Origin: a virus
Taxonomy: Duplodnaviria; Heunggongvirae; Uroviricota; Caudoviricetes
Virus record (IMG/VR): IMGVR_UViG_2576861193_000002
Direction: 5' to 3' (one strand)
DNA: 64,000 bases
Each line of letters starts with the position of its first letter. The first letter of the stretch is position 1. The position numbers and the translations under genes are program-made. Below the pieces are notes generated by a model that was not told the DNA's origin, made no database searches, and saw nothing but the letters and a program-made list of their open reading frames with translations. Below are positions 10,301 to 20,007 of the stretch, piece by piece.

Positions 10301-10780
10301 AGCCTGCTTCTCCTTGCCTTCCGGCGCGTAAGAGGCTAACCTACATGTGCAAAGCATGAAATTGGCCTCAGATTAATGTTAAGCGTCTTGCCGGACGCGT
10401 AATGTTATCTGGGGCTTTTCTCTATCTGCCTTTGGTGTTCATGCCTGAGGCAGATAGCCTCAAGCACCCGCAGCAATTCTACTTAACTCCCGTCACCTCG
10501 CCAATATAAAATCAATCAGAAAGGCGATCCATAAGAACAACAGCAAGACAATAAATTGCCATTACAGCCGCAATAGCTAGCGCACATTTGAGAACCAGCA
10601 CGACAACCTCCTGTATTGGACGTACACCAGTTCTGATAAATATGAGGCTGTCTCATCATTGATTCAATATAACTATTGGGTATAGTTTCTGTGATTTTGT
10701 TCTGTAGAAATGGAACACAACAACCAGTCACCACCAGCACTTCTTTAAATACGCCAAGTCCGACGCAAGCTAACCTTCTA

Positions 10781-10804
10781 GTCCGCTTTGAGCGAGGAGC
10801 GGAC
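10781..10804. repeat. hairpin repeat R0 (GTCCGCT-10 nt-AGCGGAC)
   Basis: Same 7-bp stem as copies at 13847 and 17520. Confidence 0.55.
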
Positions 10805-11020
10805 CAAACCCGGCCAACTGACTCTTAAAGGGGCCGCAGGAATTTTTCGTCTGAACTTTCGAAGCTCCTCTCCCTGAAGACAGAAAACTTCTGTGTGCTG
10901 TGGGAATATTGAATCTTTGCCTTAGATATAAATAATTTTATCCCGCCTGAAGTTTACATTATTTTATTTATCTGTTTTTCTAAATCAGACTGCACTCCTT
11001 ACTTAAATCAGGAGCCAGTC

Positions 11021-12220
11021 ATGCCATTTGTTATTTATGTGTTTACTATCAGTGCCTTTGCGCTCGGACTCGCGGAATTTGTCCCCATTGGGCTGACAGA
11101 CGTTATGGCTCAGGGGTTGTGTGTGGGTGTGGAGCAGACCGGGGCAGCGGTTACAACCTATGCACTGGGGGCAACGTTCGCGGCACCCGTACTGTCTGCG
11201 CTGACAGCAAGCTGGAGCCGGAAAAATGTAATGCTTACAACTGCCGTTGTGTTTACTGCCGGTAGTCTGGCGGCCGCGTTTGCAGCCACATTACCTCAGC
11301 TCCTGTTAGCGCGGTTCATTGCTGGTCTGGGACACGGCCTGTTTCTGGCTGCGGCATCCAGTACCGCAGCTCGTCTTGCTGGACCGGGTAAAGCAGGCAG
11401 AGCGGTGGCTGTGGTATTTGGTGGCTTTACTCTGGCGATGGCAATCGGCGTACCGCTGAGTACATGGTTGGGGGGGGTGGTCTCATGGCGTCCAGTTCTC
11501 GGCGCTATTGCCGCTTTTGGCGCGTTCGGATTCCTTGGACTGTTGTTCGGTATGAAAGATCCCGTACGCAGCGTGCCCGGTGAACATAGTGACTCAGCAA
11601 TGCAGAATATCGGCATGCTGTTTAACCGTAAGTTGCTGGCCGGCGCGCTGGTTACGGTGCTGGCGTATGCAGGCTCGTTTACGGATTACACCTTTATCGC
11701 ACCTATTCTGACGCAGGTGACAGGGGTTACCGGAGCAACGGTGAGTCTGTTTATGCTGGTTTACGGTATTACAGCTGCGGTAGGTAATATTCTTGGTGGG
11801 AAACTTACCGACAGCATGGGGGTTAATCGTGCCAATATACTCATCATTAGCGGCATTGTTGTTGTCGTGCTTGGTATGTGGCTGCTGTCATCCTCACCGG
11901 TGAGCATGGGCATTCTGGTTGCGCTGCTGGGTATGGTGACATTTGCCGCAGTGCCGGCACTGCAGGCCCGTCTGATTGGTGTCGCTGAGCAACATGCTCC
12001 TCATGCGCATGGTGTTGCTGCCGGCCTGAATATTGCGGGCTTCAACTCAGGTATAGCGCTGGGATCAGTACTGGGCAGCATTACTATAAGCCACGCCGGT
12101 ATCGTGTATACCGGTATCAGCGGTGCGATTGTTTCTCTGCTCGGCCTGCTGTTGCTGCTTGCACAAATCCGTCGCAGCCACAGTCGTAAATTTCAACAGG
12201 TTAAAATCGTAGGCCAGTAA
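11021..12220 (+). CDS. MFS transporter (cargo gene)
   Basis: 399 aa, ~12 TM, Gly/Ala-rich MFS signature; GC-rich versus surrounding phage DNA. Confidence 0.85.
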   Translation: MPFVIYVFTISAFALGLAEFVPIGLTDVMAQGLCVGVEQTGAAVTTYALGATFAAPVLSALTASWSRKNVMLTTAVVFTAGSLAAAFAATLPQLLLARFIAGLGHGLFLAAASSTAARLAGPGKAGRAVAVVFGGFTLAMAIGVPLSTWLGGVVSWRPVLGAIAAFGAFGFLGLLFGMKDPVRSVPGEHSDSAMQNIGMLFNRKLLAGALVTVLAYAGSFTDYTFIAPILTQVTGVTGATVSLFMLVYGITAAVGNILGGKLTDSMGVNRANILIISGIVVVVLGMWLLSSSPVSMGILVALLGMVTFAAVPALQARLIGVAEQHAPHAHGVAAGLNIAGFNSGIALGSVLGSITISHAGIVYTGISGAIVSLLGLLLLLAQIRRSHSRKFQQVKIVGQ

Positions 12221-12231
12221 AGGGAGGTTAT

Positions 12232-12924
12232 ATGCTTACCCGTGAAAATATGCTTAATGGCACATTTGTCAGGGTGCATGAAGCGCTGCTCCCGGCGAAT
12301 ATGCTCTGGGACGCTGAAAAAATACGCGCATCAATGAACTCTACTCTGGAGGAGCGCCCGACGGGTGCTCCTGTCTGGATATTTGCCTACGGGTCATTGA
12401 TGTGGAATCCCGTGCTGGCGATTGAAGAAATGCAACGGGCCCGTCTGAAAGGATGGCAGCGCAGTTTCTGCATTCGTTTGATATCCGGACGAGCGACTCC
12501 TGATGTCCCCGGCAGGATGTTATCGCTCGACGAAGGTGGAATTACCGAAGGTATTGCGTTCAGACTGCCGGAATCGACTCTTATTAATGAGCTGGAAATT
12601 GTCTGGACGCGCGAGATGATAACCGGTCTTTACCGTCCGGTCTGGGCAGACGTTTCGCTAGGAAACGGTGAGGAAATTCAGGCGCTGGCTTTCGTATCAG
12701 ACAGACTGCATCCGCATTATGAACAGGACAATCTTACAGCGACCGTAGCGTTGAGCATCGCATCTGCCCGTGGAGACATTGGCACGAATGCAGATTATGT
12801 ATGGAAACTGCAGGCCACTCTGGGTGCGTTGGGAATACGGGATGATTACGTGAGTGAACTGGCCCTTGCTCTGCATGAGGCTCCCTGTAACGATAAACTT
12901 CATCAGCGAGGCGCTTCACTATGA
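12232..12924 (+). CDS. ChaC/gamma-glutamylcyclotransferase-like protein
   Basis: 230 aa; IFAYGSLMWNP motif typical of GGCT/ChaC fold. Confidence 0.7.
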   Translation: MLTRENMLNGTFVRVHEALLPANMLWDAEKIRASMNSTLEERPTGAPVWIFAYGSLMWNPVLAIEEMQRARLKGWQRSFCIRLISGRATPDVPGRMLSLDEGGITEGIAFRLPESTLINELEIVWTREMITGLYRPVWADVSLGNGEEIQALAFVSDRLHPHYEQDNLTATVALSIASARGDIGTNADYVWKLQATLGALGIRDDYVSELALALHEAPCNDKLHQRGASL

Positions 12925-13802
12925 GCCATCTGAGCCATCTGCGAACGTTTCTTGAGGCCTATCGCTCTGGCTCCTTTTCAAAGGCGGCAGAACTACTGGG
13001 CATCACTCAGCCCGCGGCGTCACAGCATATCCAGTCTCTTGAGACTCTGGTTGGTAAGCGTCTGTTTATCAGGCAGGCCAGAGGCGTGACGGCAACCGAA
13101 GCTGCGGATGAGCTTGCCCGCTCAGTTTCACCCTTCATTGATGGTCTGGAAGAAAAGCTGTCCTCTTTCCGGTCAGGCTCTGTACGCGGGGGAACAATTA
13201 ATCTGGCAGGACCGCCAGATTTTATTCATTCCCGGCTTGGGACAGTAATGGCTCCACTAATGAAGGAGGGGTATCGCCTACGCTTTCATACCGGCAATAA
13301 GCAACGTATTTATTCCCTTTTGCATGACGGGAGCGCCGATCTCGCTGTTACCGCATCTATGCCTGATGACCGTCTGTACGGCTATGCACATCTACTGACT
13401 GAACGCATGCTCCTTGTTCATGCTCCCGCCATGTCAGAGATCATCGGATCAGAACCTGGTGCTGAAACGCTTGCCTCATTACCGCTGATTGCTTATGACG
13501 AAGAGTTGCCACTGATTAGAGCGCTCTGGGCCTCCATGTTTCAGAGAGCCCCTGAGATGCAGGCTACATTCACCATTCCGGATTTACGTATTATCCGCGA
13601 CTTGGTCTGTGACGGCCACGGGTGGACAGTGCTGCCGGATTATCACTGTGACAATGACCTGAAAAGTGGTCGCCTGATTTCAGTGACACCTGCAGACCTC
13701 GCTCCGACTAATCATCTTTATCTGGTCTGGAACAAAAGGACGGCTAATAACAGCCGAACCGCCTATGTTCGGGATTACATTCTTAAAACGTTTCCGCGTT
13801 GA
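12921..13802 (+). CDS. LysR-family transcriptional regulator
   Basis: 293 aa; N-terminal HTH (…FSKAAELLGITQPAASQHIQSLE…); overlaps previous gene by 4 nt. Confidence 0.85.
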   Translation: MSHLSHLRTFLEAYRSGSFSKAAELLGITQPAASQHIQSLETLVGKRLFIRQARGVTATEAADELARSVSPFIDGLEEKLSSFRSGSVRGGTINLAGPPDFIHSRLGTVMAPLMKEGYRLRFHTGNKQRIYSLLHDGSADLAVTASMPDDRLYGYAHLLTERMLLVHAPAMSEIIGSEPGAETLASLPLIAYDEELPLIRALWASMFQRAPEMQATFTIPDLRIIRDLVCDGHGWTVLPDYHCDNDLKSGRLISVTPADLAPTNHLYLVWNKRTANNSRTAYVRDYILKTFPR

Positions 13803-13846
13803 TGTTTGAAACGGATGATTGGCGATGCGTATCATAAGTTACGTAT

Positions 13847-13870
13847 GTCCGCTTCTGGCACAAAGCAGAC
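13847..13870. repeat. hairpin repeat R1 (GTCCGCT-tctggcacaa-AGCAGAC)
   Basis: 24/30 identical to R2; sits between the LysR and DUF2254-like genes. Confidence 0.55.
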
Positions 13871-13932
13871 GCCCACTCTCACGCGAATGCTTTGCCCTTG
13901 ACTTGCCAACAACCGTATCGCTTGCTCCGCAA

Positions 13933-15225
13933 CTATGGTTTTTTATTAGAATCTTCGCCACTAAATAAATTATAATAAATTGATTTTATTAGATATCTGT
14001 CAGAATCTATATGGTCAGCACGAGTAGCATGCTCTAATGTTTCAAATGCTAGGGTTTGTGCGGCTTCAGCAAAAATTCCAGGCCAACCCTTACTCAGCAT
14101 CGACAGTCCTTTAAGTACCCTTATCTGAATTTCCCTCATACTGGCACCATCGCGCGCAACAGGTGAGAAAAAGTCTTCAAGTAGATCGTTATTCTGAAGT
14201 GGTGCAACATGTACAGAAGGATATTTCACTTCTATTTCATCAGATTTATTCTGCGCGTAAGCGGAAAGTATACGTACACCTCTGCCAATGACATCAATGG
14301 CGGTTCCAGGATCGTTCACTGCGGGGGAAAGGGCTCGGCAGGCTATTTCGGCCATGACGCTAAGACAAAATCGGGGGTCCTGAGCAAATGAACGTACATC
14401 CGAGACAATAATCGTCTCAAGTAAATCGGTGCTGATTGATGACTCCTGGCCCTGACTCAGGTACAAAACTGGCGTGGACGGATGTATGAAACTGCCCGGC
14501 TGCGCCACGAGGTATACATGACGGGGATCATTGGTCAGCAGCTTGCTGAGTTTCACCATATCAACATATTCAACATAGCCAATCTTTTTCGGATAAACTG
14601 CAACCGTTCCTTTCGGCTGTTCATTGTTCTCAAGCCATGGATATCCGCCGAGACAGGGATTTCTTGCTCTCGCAATAAATGTTTCGATGGCCGCCTGTTC
14701 TACTTTTGCCGTTGTCTCACCAACCCTCCCCAGAGAGGTCAAATGCTGTATCCAGCGAAGCAATGTGATGAGGATTAAGGCAATGACAACCAGTGTTACA
14801 ATGAATAAAATGACTCTCCCCCTTTCTCCATAAGCTCCCATATTGAGGGCAATAATCCCTACCAGACTGAAGAGAAAAGAACCGATGAAGGTGGCCAGTA
14901 CATTTTGTGTGGTGACGTCTTCAACAACTAAACGAGTAGCTCTGGGAGTCACATTAGTAGTGGCTGAACCGTAGGCTGTGACCATGATGCTCAGCGAAAA
15001 TGTGGTCACTGCCAGCATACTCGATGCCAGTATGTTCAGAATGTTATCGACTGCTTCCGCACCAACCTTCACGGAAACCGACTCAGGTATCATTGATTTA
15101 AAAAGAATTGATAAAAGGGCCGTTATTATTGCGACAATTGCGAATAACGTTGCCCTGAACCATAGTTTTTTAAATGTCTGCTTCAGCATCCATTTCCAGC
15201 GTGAAATCATTCTGCATTCCCTCAT
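13933..15225 (-). CDS. DUF2254-like membrane protein
   Basis: 430 aa; N-terminal TM helices then soluble domain. Confidence 0.55.
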   Translation of the reverse strand: MRECRMISRWKWMLKQTFKKLWFRATLFAIVAIITALLSILFKSMIPESVSVKVGAEAVDNILNILASSMLAVTTFSLSIMVTAYGSATTNVTPRATRLVVEDVTTQNVLATFIGSFLFSLVGIIALNMGAYGERGRVILFIVTLVVIALILITLLRWIQHLTSLGRVGETTAKVEQAAIETFIARARNPCLGGYPWLENNEQPKGTVAVYPKKIGYVEYVDMVKLSKLLTNDPRHVYLVAQPGSFIHPSTPVLYLSQGQESSISTDLLETIIVSDVRSFAQDPRFCLSVMAEIACRALSPAVNDPGTAIDVIGRGVRILSAYAQNKSDEIEVKYPSVHVAPLQNNDLLEDFFSPVARDGASMREIQIRVLKGLSMLSKGWPGIFAEAAQTLAFETLEHATRADHIDSDRYLIKSIYYNLFSGEDSNKKP

Positions 15226-15273
15226 ATTGCAGCCGGGATAAATAAATGCCGCCTCTGTGGCGGCATGTTGCTG

Positions 15274-17277
15274 TTAACGAACCAGATGCAGGAAGTGCAG
15301 GTGTTTTTCGTACTGGTCCAGTATGTCATTAATCAGCTGTTCCTGATTCCAGCCCATTACATCATAATTTTGGCCGCCCTCTTTGAGATAGACTTCAGCG
15401 CGATAATATCGATGTTGTTCACTCTGCTGCTCATCATTATCCAGCGCAGCGAGCGCGAAGGTCGGTGAGTTATACCCGCGAAGCCTCACTTCATATATAT
15501 AATTCAGCTCGTTGCCCAAATCGACTTCAAGGCGAATACGATCCTCGGCGGCGTCACTGATGTGGCTTATCGTTCCCTGCTTGTTAAGTTCCTCCTGAAC
15601 CAGCGTCATGGCGGGTTGGATAATGTCGTCCATAAAACGTTTCACAAGAGAGCGCTTCGGCAAATACGCGATATTGCGTAACCTTCTCTGCCAGGGAATT
15701 GGGTTACGTGCAGCCGTAGGAGCAATAGTCGCCATGCTAAGGCTTTCACGCTTGGTCAAATCCCGACGCAGGGCTTTTAACAGTCCGTATATGGATATTA
15801 ATAAGATAACTGAGAAGGGCAATGCACTCGCTATCGTTACGGTTTGCAACGCACTCAGCCCCCCTGCGATCAGCAGGGCAATAGCAACAACGCCCATGAG
15901 CGATGCCCAGAAAATTCGCTGCCAGACGGGCGTGTTTGCCACCCCACCTGATGCCAGAGTATCCACAACCATTGCCCCCGAATCAGCAGACGTTACAAAG
16001 AAGACGATGACCATCGCCATTGCAATGAATGACAGCACGGAAGAGAACGGGAAATGCTCCAGGAAATTAAACAGGGCAAGCGCAACATCCTGCTGAACGG
16101 TATTGGCGAGGTCAGTGGCGCCCTGGTTCATGATGAGATAGATGGCGCTGTTTCCAAACACCGTCATCCACATGAGCGTAAAGCCGGCGGGAACAAACAA
16201 CACGCCAGTCACGAACTCACGAATTGTCCTGCCGCGGGAAACGCGTGCAATGAACATACCTACAAACGGCGACCATGAAAGCCACCATCCCCAGTATAAT
16301 AATGTCCAGCCCCCCAGCCAGTTGCTCGACTTGGGTTCATACGCGTAAAGGTTGAACGTTTTACTCACCAGTTCCGACAGATAACCACCCGTATTTTCCA
16401 CAAATGACTTCAGCAGAAGCACAGTGGGACCCAGGCACAAGACCAGCGCCAGGAGCAACACCGCCAGGCCCAGATTAAGCTCAGACAGGATGCGTATTCC
16501 CTTGTCCAGGCCGGACACCACCGAAATCGTCGCTAACCCCGTGATGACCACGATCAAAATGACCTGTACCGTTTCATTGATGGGCACGCCGAAAAGATGG
16601 TTCAAACCGGCATTCACCTGCAATACACCGTAACCCAGCGATGTTGCAACGCCAAAGACAGTGCCTATCACGGCGAAGATATCAACCGCGTGGCCTATAG
16701 GCCCGTAAATGCGATCGCCGATAATGGGATAGAGCGCAGAACGCAGCGTTAAAGGCAGACCGTGACGGTAACTGAAAAAGGCCAGAATCAGCGCCACGAT
16801 GGCATAAATTGCCCATGCGTGCAGACCCCAGTGGAAGAACGTCAGGCGCATGGCTTCCTTCGCTGCCGCAACGGTCTCTGGAGTGCCGACAGGTGGCGAA
16901 AGATAATGCATCACAGGTTCGGCAACGCCAAAGAACATCAGGCCGATCCCCATCCCTGCCGAAAAAAGCATCGCGAACCAGGAGTGGTAGCTGAAATCAG
17001 GCTGCGCATGGTCTGGGCCCAGCTTTATATCACCGTAACGTGAGAGTCCAAGGAACGTGACGCTCAGTAAAATCAGGGCCACAGCAAGTATGTAGAACCA
17101 GCTGGCATTCGTGAAGATTTGTTGCTGAAGTAGTTTAAAATTTTTGTCGGCGACATCCGGGAATACGGCGGCAAAGGCGACAAGAAGGAAAATTAGCAAA
17201 GCAGATGTAAAGAATACCGCTTTGTTAATCTGGCTTGTAGACTTCTTTGGGGTTGTATCATTTTCACTCATAATCAT
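15274..17277 (-). CDS. BCCT-family (betaine/carnitine/choline) transporter
   Basis: 667 aa; 12-TM BCCT-like core with Trp-rich signature (…GGWTLLYWGWWLSWSPFVGMFIARVSRGRTIREF…). Confidence 0.85.
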   Translation of the reverse strand: MIMSENDTTPKKSTSQINKAVFFTSALLIFLLVAFAAVFPDVADKNFKLLQQQIFTNASWFYILAVALILLSVTFLGLSRYGDIKLGPDHAQPDFSYHSWFAMLFSAGMGIGLMFFGVAEPVMHYLSPPVGTPETVAAAKEAMRLTFFHWGLHAWAIYAIVALILAFFSYRHGLPLTLRSALYPIIGDRIYGPIGHAVDIFAVIGTVFGVATSLGYGVLQVNAGLNHLFGVPINETVQVILIVVITGLATISVVSGLDKGIRILSELNLGLAVLLLALVLCLGPTVLLLKSFVENTGGYLSELVSKTFNLYAYEPKSSNWLGGWTLLYWGWWLSWSPFVGMFIARVSRGRTIREFVTGVLFVPAGFTLMWMTVFGNSAIYLIMNQGATDLANTVQQDVALALFNFLEHFPFSSVLSFIAMAMVIVFFVTSADSGAMVVDTLASGGVANTPVWQRIFWASLMGVVAIALLIAGGLSALQTVTIASALPFSVILLISIYGLLKALRRDLTKRESLSMATIAPTAARNPIPWQRRLRNIAYLPKRSLVKRFMDDIIQPAMTLVQEELNKQGTISHISDAAEDRIRLEVDLGNELNYIYEVRLRGYNSPTFALAALDNDEQQSEQHRYYRAEVYLKEGGQNYDVMGWNQEQLINDILDQYEKHLHFLHLVR

Positions 17278-17519
17278 TTATTCCATTAATTAAATCCGCA
17301 CTGGATAGAAGGTACTACCTCTCACAGAGTAGCAAAGTTCAACTGGCTATGCGGGGTTAATCGGAATGCATGGTGGAATGAGTGCCGATACAAATCATCC
17401 TATATTCTAAGGAGTTTTAAGTTACTCAGCCTGCCAATTACTGGGGCATTTAATTTGTATGATCTGTATCAAAGCTGGGATATAAGTTAAGTGAAGTATA
17501 TTAGGCACGAATTACCAGC

Positions 17520-17543
17520 GTCTGCTCTTGGCACAAAGCGGAC
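17520..17543. repeat. hairpin repeat R2 (GTCTGCT-cttggcacaa-AGCGGAC)
   Basis: Related to R0/R1; lies just beyond the BCCT gene. Confidence 0.55.
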
Positions 17544-17611
17544 AACCACGCTAGCTCTACCCTGTGCCACAAAATGTCAATTTGCATCTGAACTAATGCA
17601 CTTTAATCTCG

Positions 17612-18034
17612 TCACTTCAATAAATACCGAACATCCCCCTGATAAAACGACAATATGCGCTGCATAACTTCGCTCTTCCGGCACTCGCGACAGATTATGT
17701 TTAGGCGACTGTCGTAGCGACGTATTTCTCCGTCAGGTAATGACCAGATAAGGTCCGGATCAACCACAACCGGTTTCTTCAGCTTTGCCCTCGATAATTT
17801 TTTGCGGGCATTTTGCCAGTCTTTACGAGCCTGTTCAGACGGGAATAACCCGTAGCCAGAATTGTATACATCGCCACTGGCAACCAGCTCTCTGGCCAGA
17901 ACGCTCATCAGATATCTTGTTGCCCCAGTTTTAGCTTCCAGTTGTCGTAACGTCTCGCGCCCACTCTGGCGTACGAGTTCAAGAACCTGCCCTTTAATTT
18001 TTTCCCGCTCTTCTTGTGTAAAAACTTTTGCCAC
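17612..18034 (-). CDS. hypothetical phage replication-region protein
   Basis: 140 aa ORF immediately downstream of O-like initiator; no recognised helicase-loader motifs. Confidence 0.45.
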   Translation of the reverse strand: MAKVFTQEEREKIKGQVLELVRQSGRETLRQLEAKTGATRYLMSVLARELVASGDVYNSGYGLFPSEQARKDWQNARKKLSRAKLKKPVVVDPDLIWSLPDGEIRRYDSRLNIICRECRKSEVMQRILSFYQGDVRYLLK

Positions 18035-18074
18035 AAGCCCTCCTGAAAATTACCTCATGACCAGAAATTAACAC

Positions 18075-19151
18075 TTACCCCCTGAAGCCCGGCGGAATTT
18101 CGTTATCCGGTTCAGAAATATGATTCACACAACGCTGGTTGTTCGTGCCGCTTACCGGGAGCAACCAGGGGTTCTCAAAATTCCGGTCCGGTCCAAAAAA
18201 CGTCGTCGCTCGCTGAACAAATTCCGTTCCCGTTTTCCCGGTAGCCGCCAAGTATCTTGCGTAACGCCTCACGCCATCCAGCATGGCCTCTGGTGGCACC
18301 CCCTCGCGTAATCTGGCCTTCCAGGCACTGAAAGCGGATTTCTTCGGGTTTGCCCCAGCACGCAACGGGTACTCCCGCCAGACCTGTTCGAACACATCCG
18401 GATAATCCACTCGTCCCACAGACTGCCCGGTGTTTTCCGGGACTACCCGATCGGCTTCCCGCTGAATGGCGGAATCGGCTTCAGGCTGCTGCAGTTGGTG
18501 TGATTGCTCCGCCCTTGCGGTCATCACCTGCTGCACAGCGCCCGAATCGGCTTTCAGCGCATACGCTGAATCGGCTTCCGGTGTCGTGCCTGCTGGCTGA
18601 CCAAGATTGACGGTCTGAACATCCCCTGCCTGGTTCGTGGCGTTTTTTACGCCATGGACCATAGTGTTTTGATCTTCTTGATCTGTATCTTTATCTGTAT
18701 CTTTATCTGTCGTGACTCGTCGTGACATGTGCGTGACATTTCGTGACGCGCCGTGACAATCGCCATTTTGTTCCCGCTTTCTTTCCCTCTCTCGCTGCGC
18801 CCTCTTGCGCTCTGCAGGAGATTTTGCGGTTTGCGAAATATTGCCGTTGTCCTCTTTAAGCACCTGGCGTTTTTCCCATCCAGTGATTAAATCACCATCA
18901 AGTACCCGCCCCTGCATCGTCTGCAAAATTGAATCAATTACCTCTTCTGTCACGTCGAGCGCACTTGCCAAATCTTCTGTCGTGACATCAATGTGACCTC
19001 GCGTGACATTTCGTGACGCGCTCACCAGGAGGTGGATATACACTGCCATCACTGTTGCAATTGGCTGTCCTGACACCCTGGCAATTGTTCGCCACTTAGG
19101 GTCATTTGGCATGTCATGCCATAATCTGAGCCAGGCGTTAGCCATACTCAC
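18075..19151 (-). CDS. replication initiator (O-like N-terminus, YdaU/DnaT-like DUF1376-type C-terminus)
   Basis: 358 aa; encloses two iteron clusters; acidic DKDTDKDTD linker; position after ydaS/ydaT. Confidence 0.65.
   Translation of the reverse strand: MSMANAWLRLWHDMPNDPKWRTIARVSGQPIATVMAVYIHLLVSASRNVTRGHIDVTTEDLASALDVTEEVIDSILQTMQGRVLDGDLITGWEKRQVLKEDNGNISQTAKSPAERKRAQRERERKREQNGDCHGASRNVTHMSRRVTTDKDTDKDTDQEDQNTMVHGVKNATNQAGDVQTVNLGQPAGTTPEADSAYALKADSGAVQQVMTARAEQSHQLQQPEADSAIQREADRVVPENTGQSVGRVDYPDVFEQVWREYPLRAGANPKKSAFSAWKARLREGVPPEAMLDGVRRYARYLAATGKTGTEFVQRATTFFGPDRNFENPWLLPVSGTNNQRCVNHISEPDNEIPPGFRG
18682..18757. repeat. candidate replication origin: AT-rich tandem repeats plus five CGTGAC iterons at ~10-bp spacing
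   Basis: CGTGAC at 18711, 18721, 18732, 18742, 18752 preceded by atctgtatcttt tandem repeats, inside the initiator gene. Confidence 0.55.
18981..19017. repeat. second iteron cluster (4 x C/TGTGAC at 10-bp spacing)
   Basis: Motif starts at 18981, 18992, 19002, 19012. Confidence 0.5.
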
Positions 19152-19216
19152 CTCTTTTGATACCGAATCTTTTTACTCACAAATTGCCGGAAGTGATCCG
19201 GTATGAATATTGCGAG

Positions 19217-19642
19217 TCAATGCACAGCCACAATATTTCCTGCAGGGCCACCACGATTCATCTGGTTGAAACCAGCGATCGCCACTGCGACAAAATCATC
19301 AGCGTCTCTCACCAGTCGTTCCCGCGTCTCCACTAGTTCCCGAAAATAGGCTGAGCTATGGCTGCGCATTCGGGCCACCAGCAGAGGTGGCATTGCTTTT
19401 TCGATAGCTGGTAACAACGCCTGAATTTTTTCAACTGCATCAGGGGTGTCTTTCTCTACCCAGCGGAAAATTTTCTGGGTATTGCGAGCCAGGGCTTCCG
19501 GATGGCTGTCGTCATACAGTTCTGGGAACGTCATACCCAGTTCAAAATAAGCCCTGGTTATTTCAGCTGCCGGAACTTTTTCACCGTCCGGATGCGCCCA
19601 GGCATTCATCGCCATGCGGATGTGTTCATGCTTGATTTTCAT
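19217..19642 (-). CDS. ydaT: YdaT-like protein (CII-like regulator / putative toxin domain)
   Basis: 141 aa; synteny racR - ydaS - ydaT - initiator as in Rac. Confidence 0.65.
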   Translation of the reverse strand: MKIKHEHIRMAMNAWAHPDGEKVPAAEITRAYFELGMTFPELYDDSHPEALARNTQKIFRWVEKDTPDAVEKIQALLPAIEKAMPPLLVARMRSHSSAYFRELVETRERLVRDADDFVAVAIAGFNQMNRGGPAGNIVAVH

Positions 19643-19907
19643 GAATCAAGCTCCTAGAAAGTGGTTGTGTTAACATTTTGGTATCTTCCAGCTCGGGCCA
19701 AATATTCATCCAATCAAAAGGCCTTAGTTGCTGACGTGTAACTTCACCATTACTGGCTCGCTCAATAAGGACACATAACGATGCCCCTAACACTTGACCT
19801 TTACTCAATGCCTTTCTTAGATAACCGATGCTGGTACCACACTCGCATGCAAACATACGCTGTTCATCTGACGAAAGAGAATTGAGAAATATTCTTAATT
19901 CTTCCAT
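19626..19907 (-). CDS. ydaS: YdaS-like Cro/C1-type HTH protein
   Basis: 93 aa; divergent from repressor gene; HTH (…ECGTSIGYLRKALSKGQ…). Confidence 0.65.
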   Translation of the reverse strand: MEELRIFLNSLSSDEQRMFACECGTSIGYLRKALSKGQVLGASLCVLIERASNGEVTRQQLRPFDWMNIWPELEDTKMLTQPLSRSLIHENQA

Positions 19908-20007
19908 AGCTACTCCTTAGTAAACACAGCAAAGAATACCCATAGGTAAACAAAAGTCAATACCCACAGGTTGTTTACCTTGCAGTAATCGCATCTATTA
20001 TTTACCT
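19908..20007. promoter_or_regulatory. divergent immunity promoter/operator region (pR/pRM-like)
   Basis: Three related dyad sites of the TACCCAT(A/G)GGTA family (aatacccataggtaaaca, tacccacaggttgtttacc, tttacctatgg). Confidence 0.55.

Noticed and set aside
11296-11616. 106-aa minus-strand ORF within the MFS transporter gene
   Set aside because: Antisense frame of a GC-rich gene (Pro/Arg/Ala-rich), no independent support.
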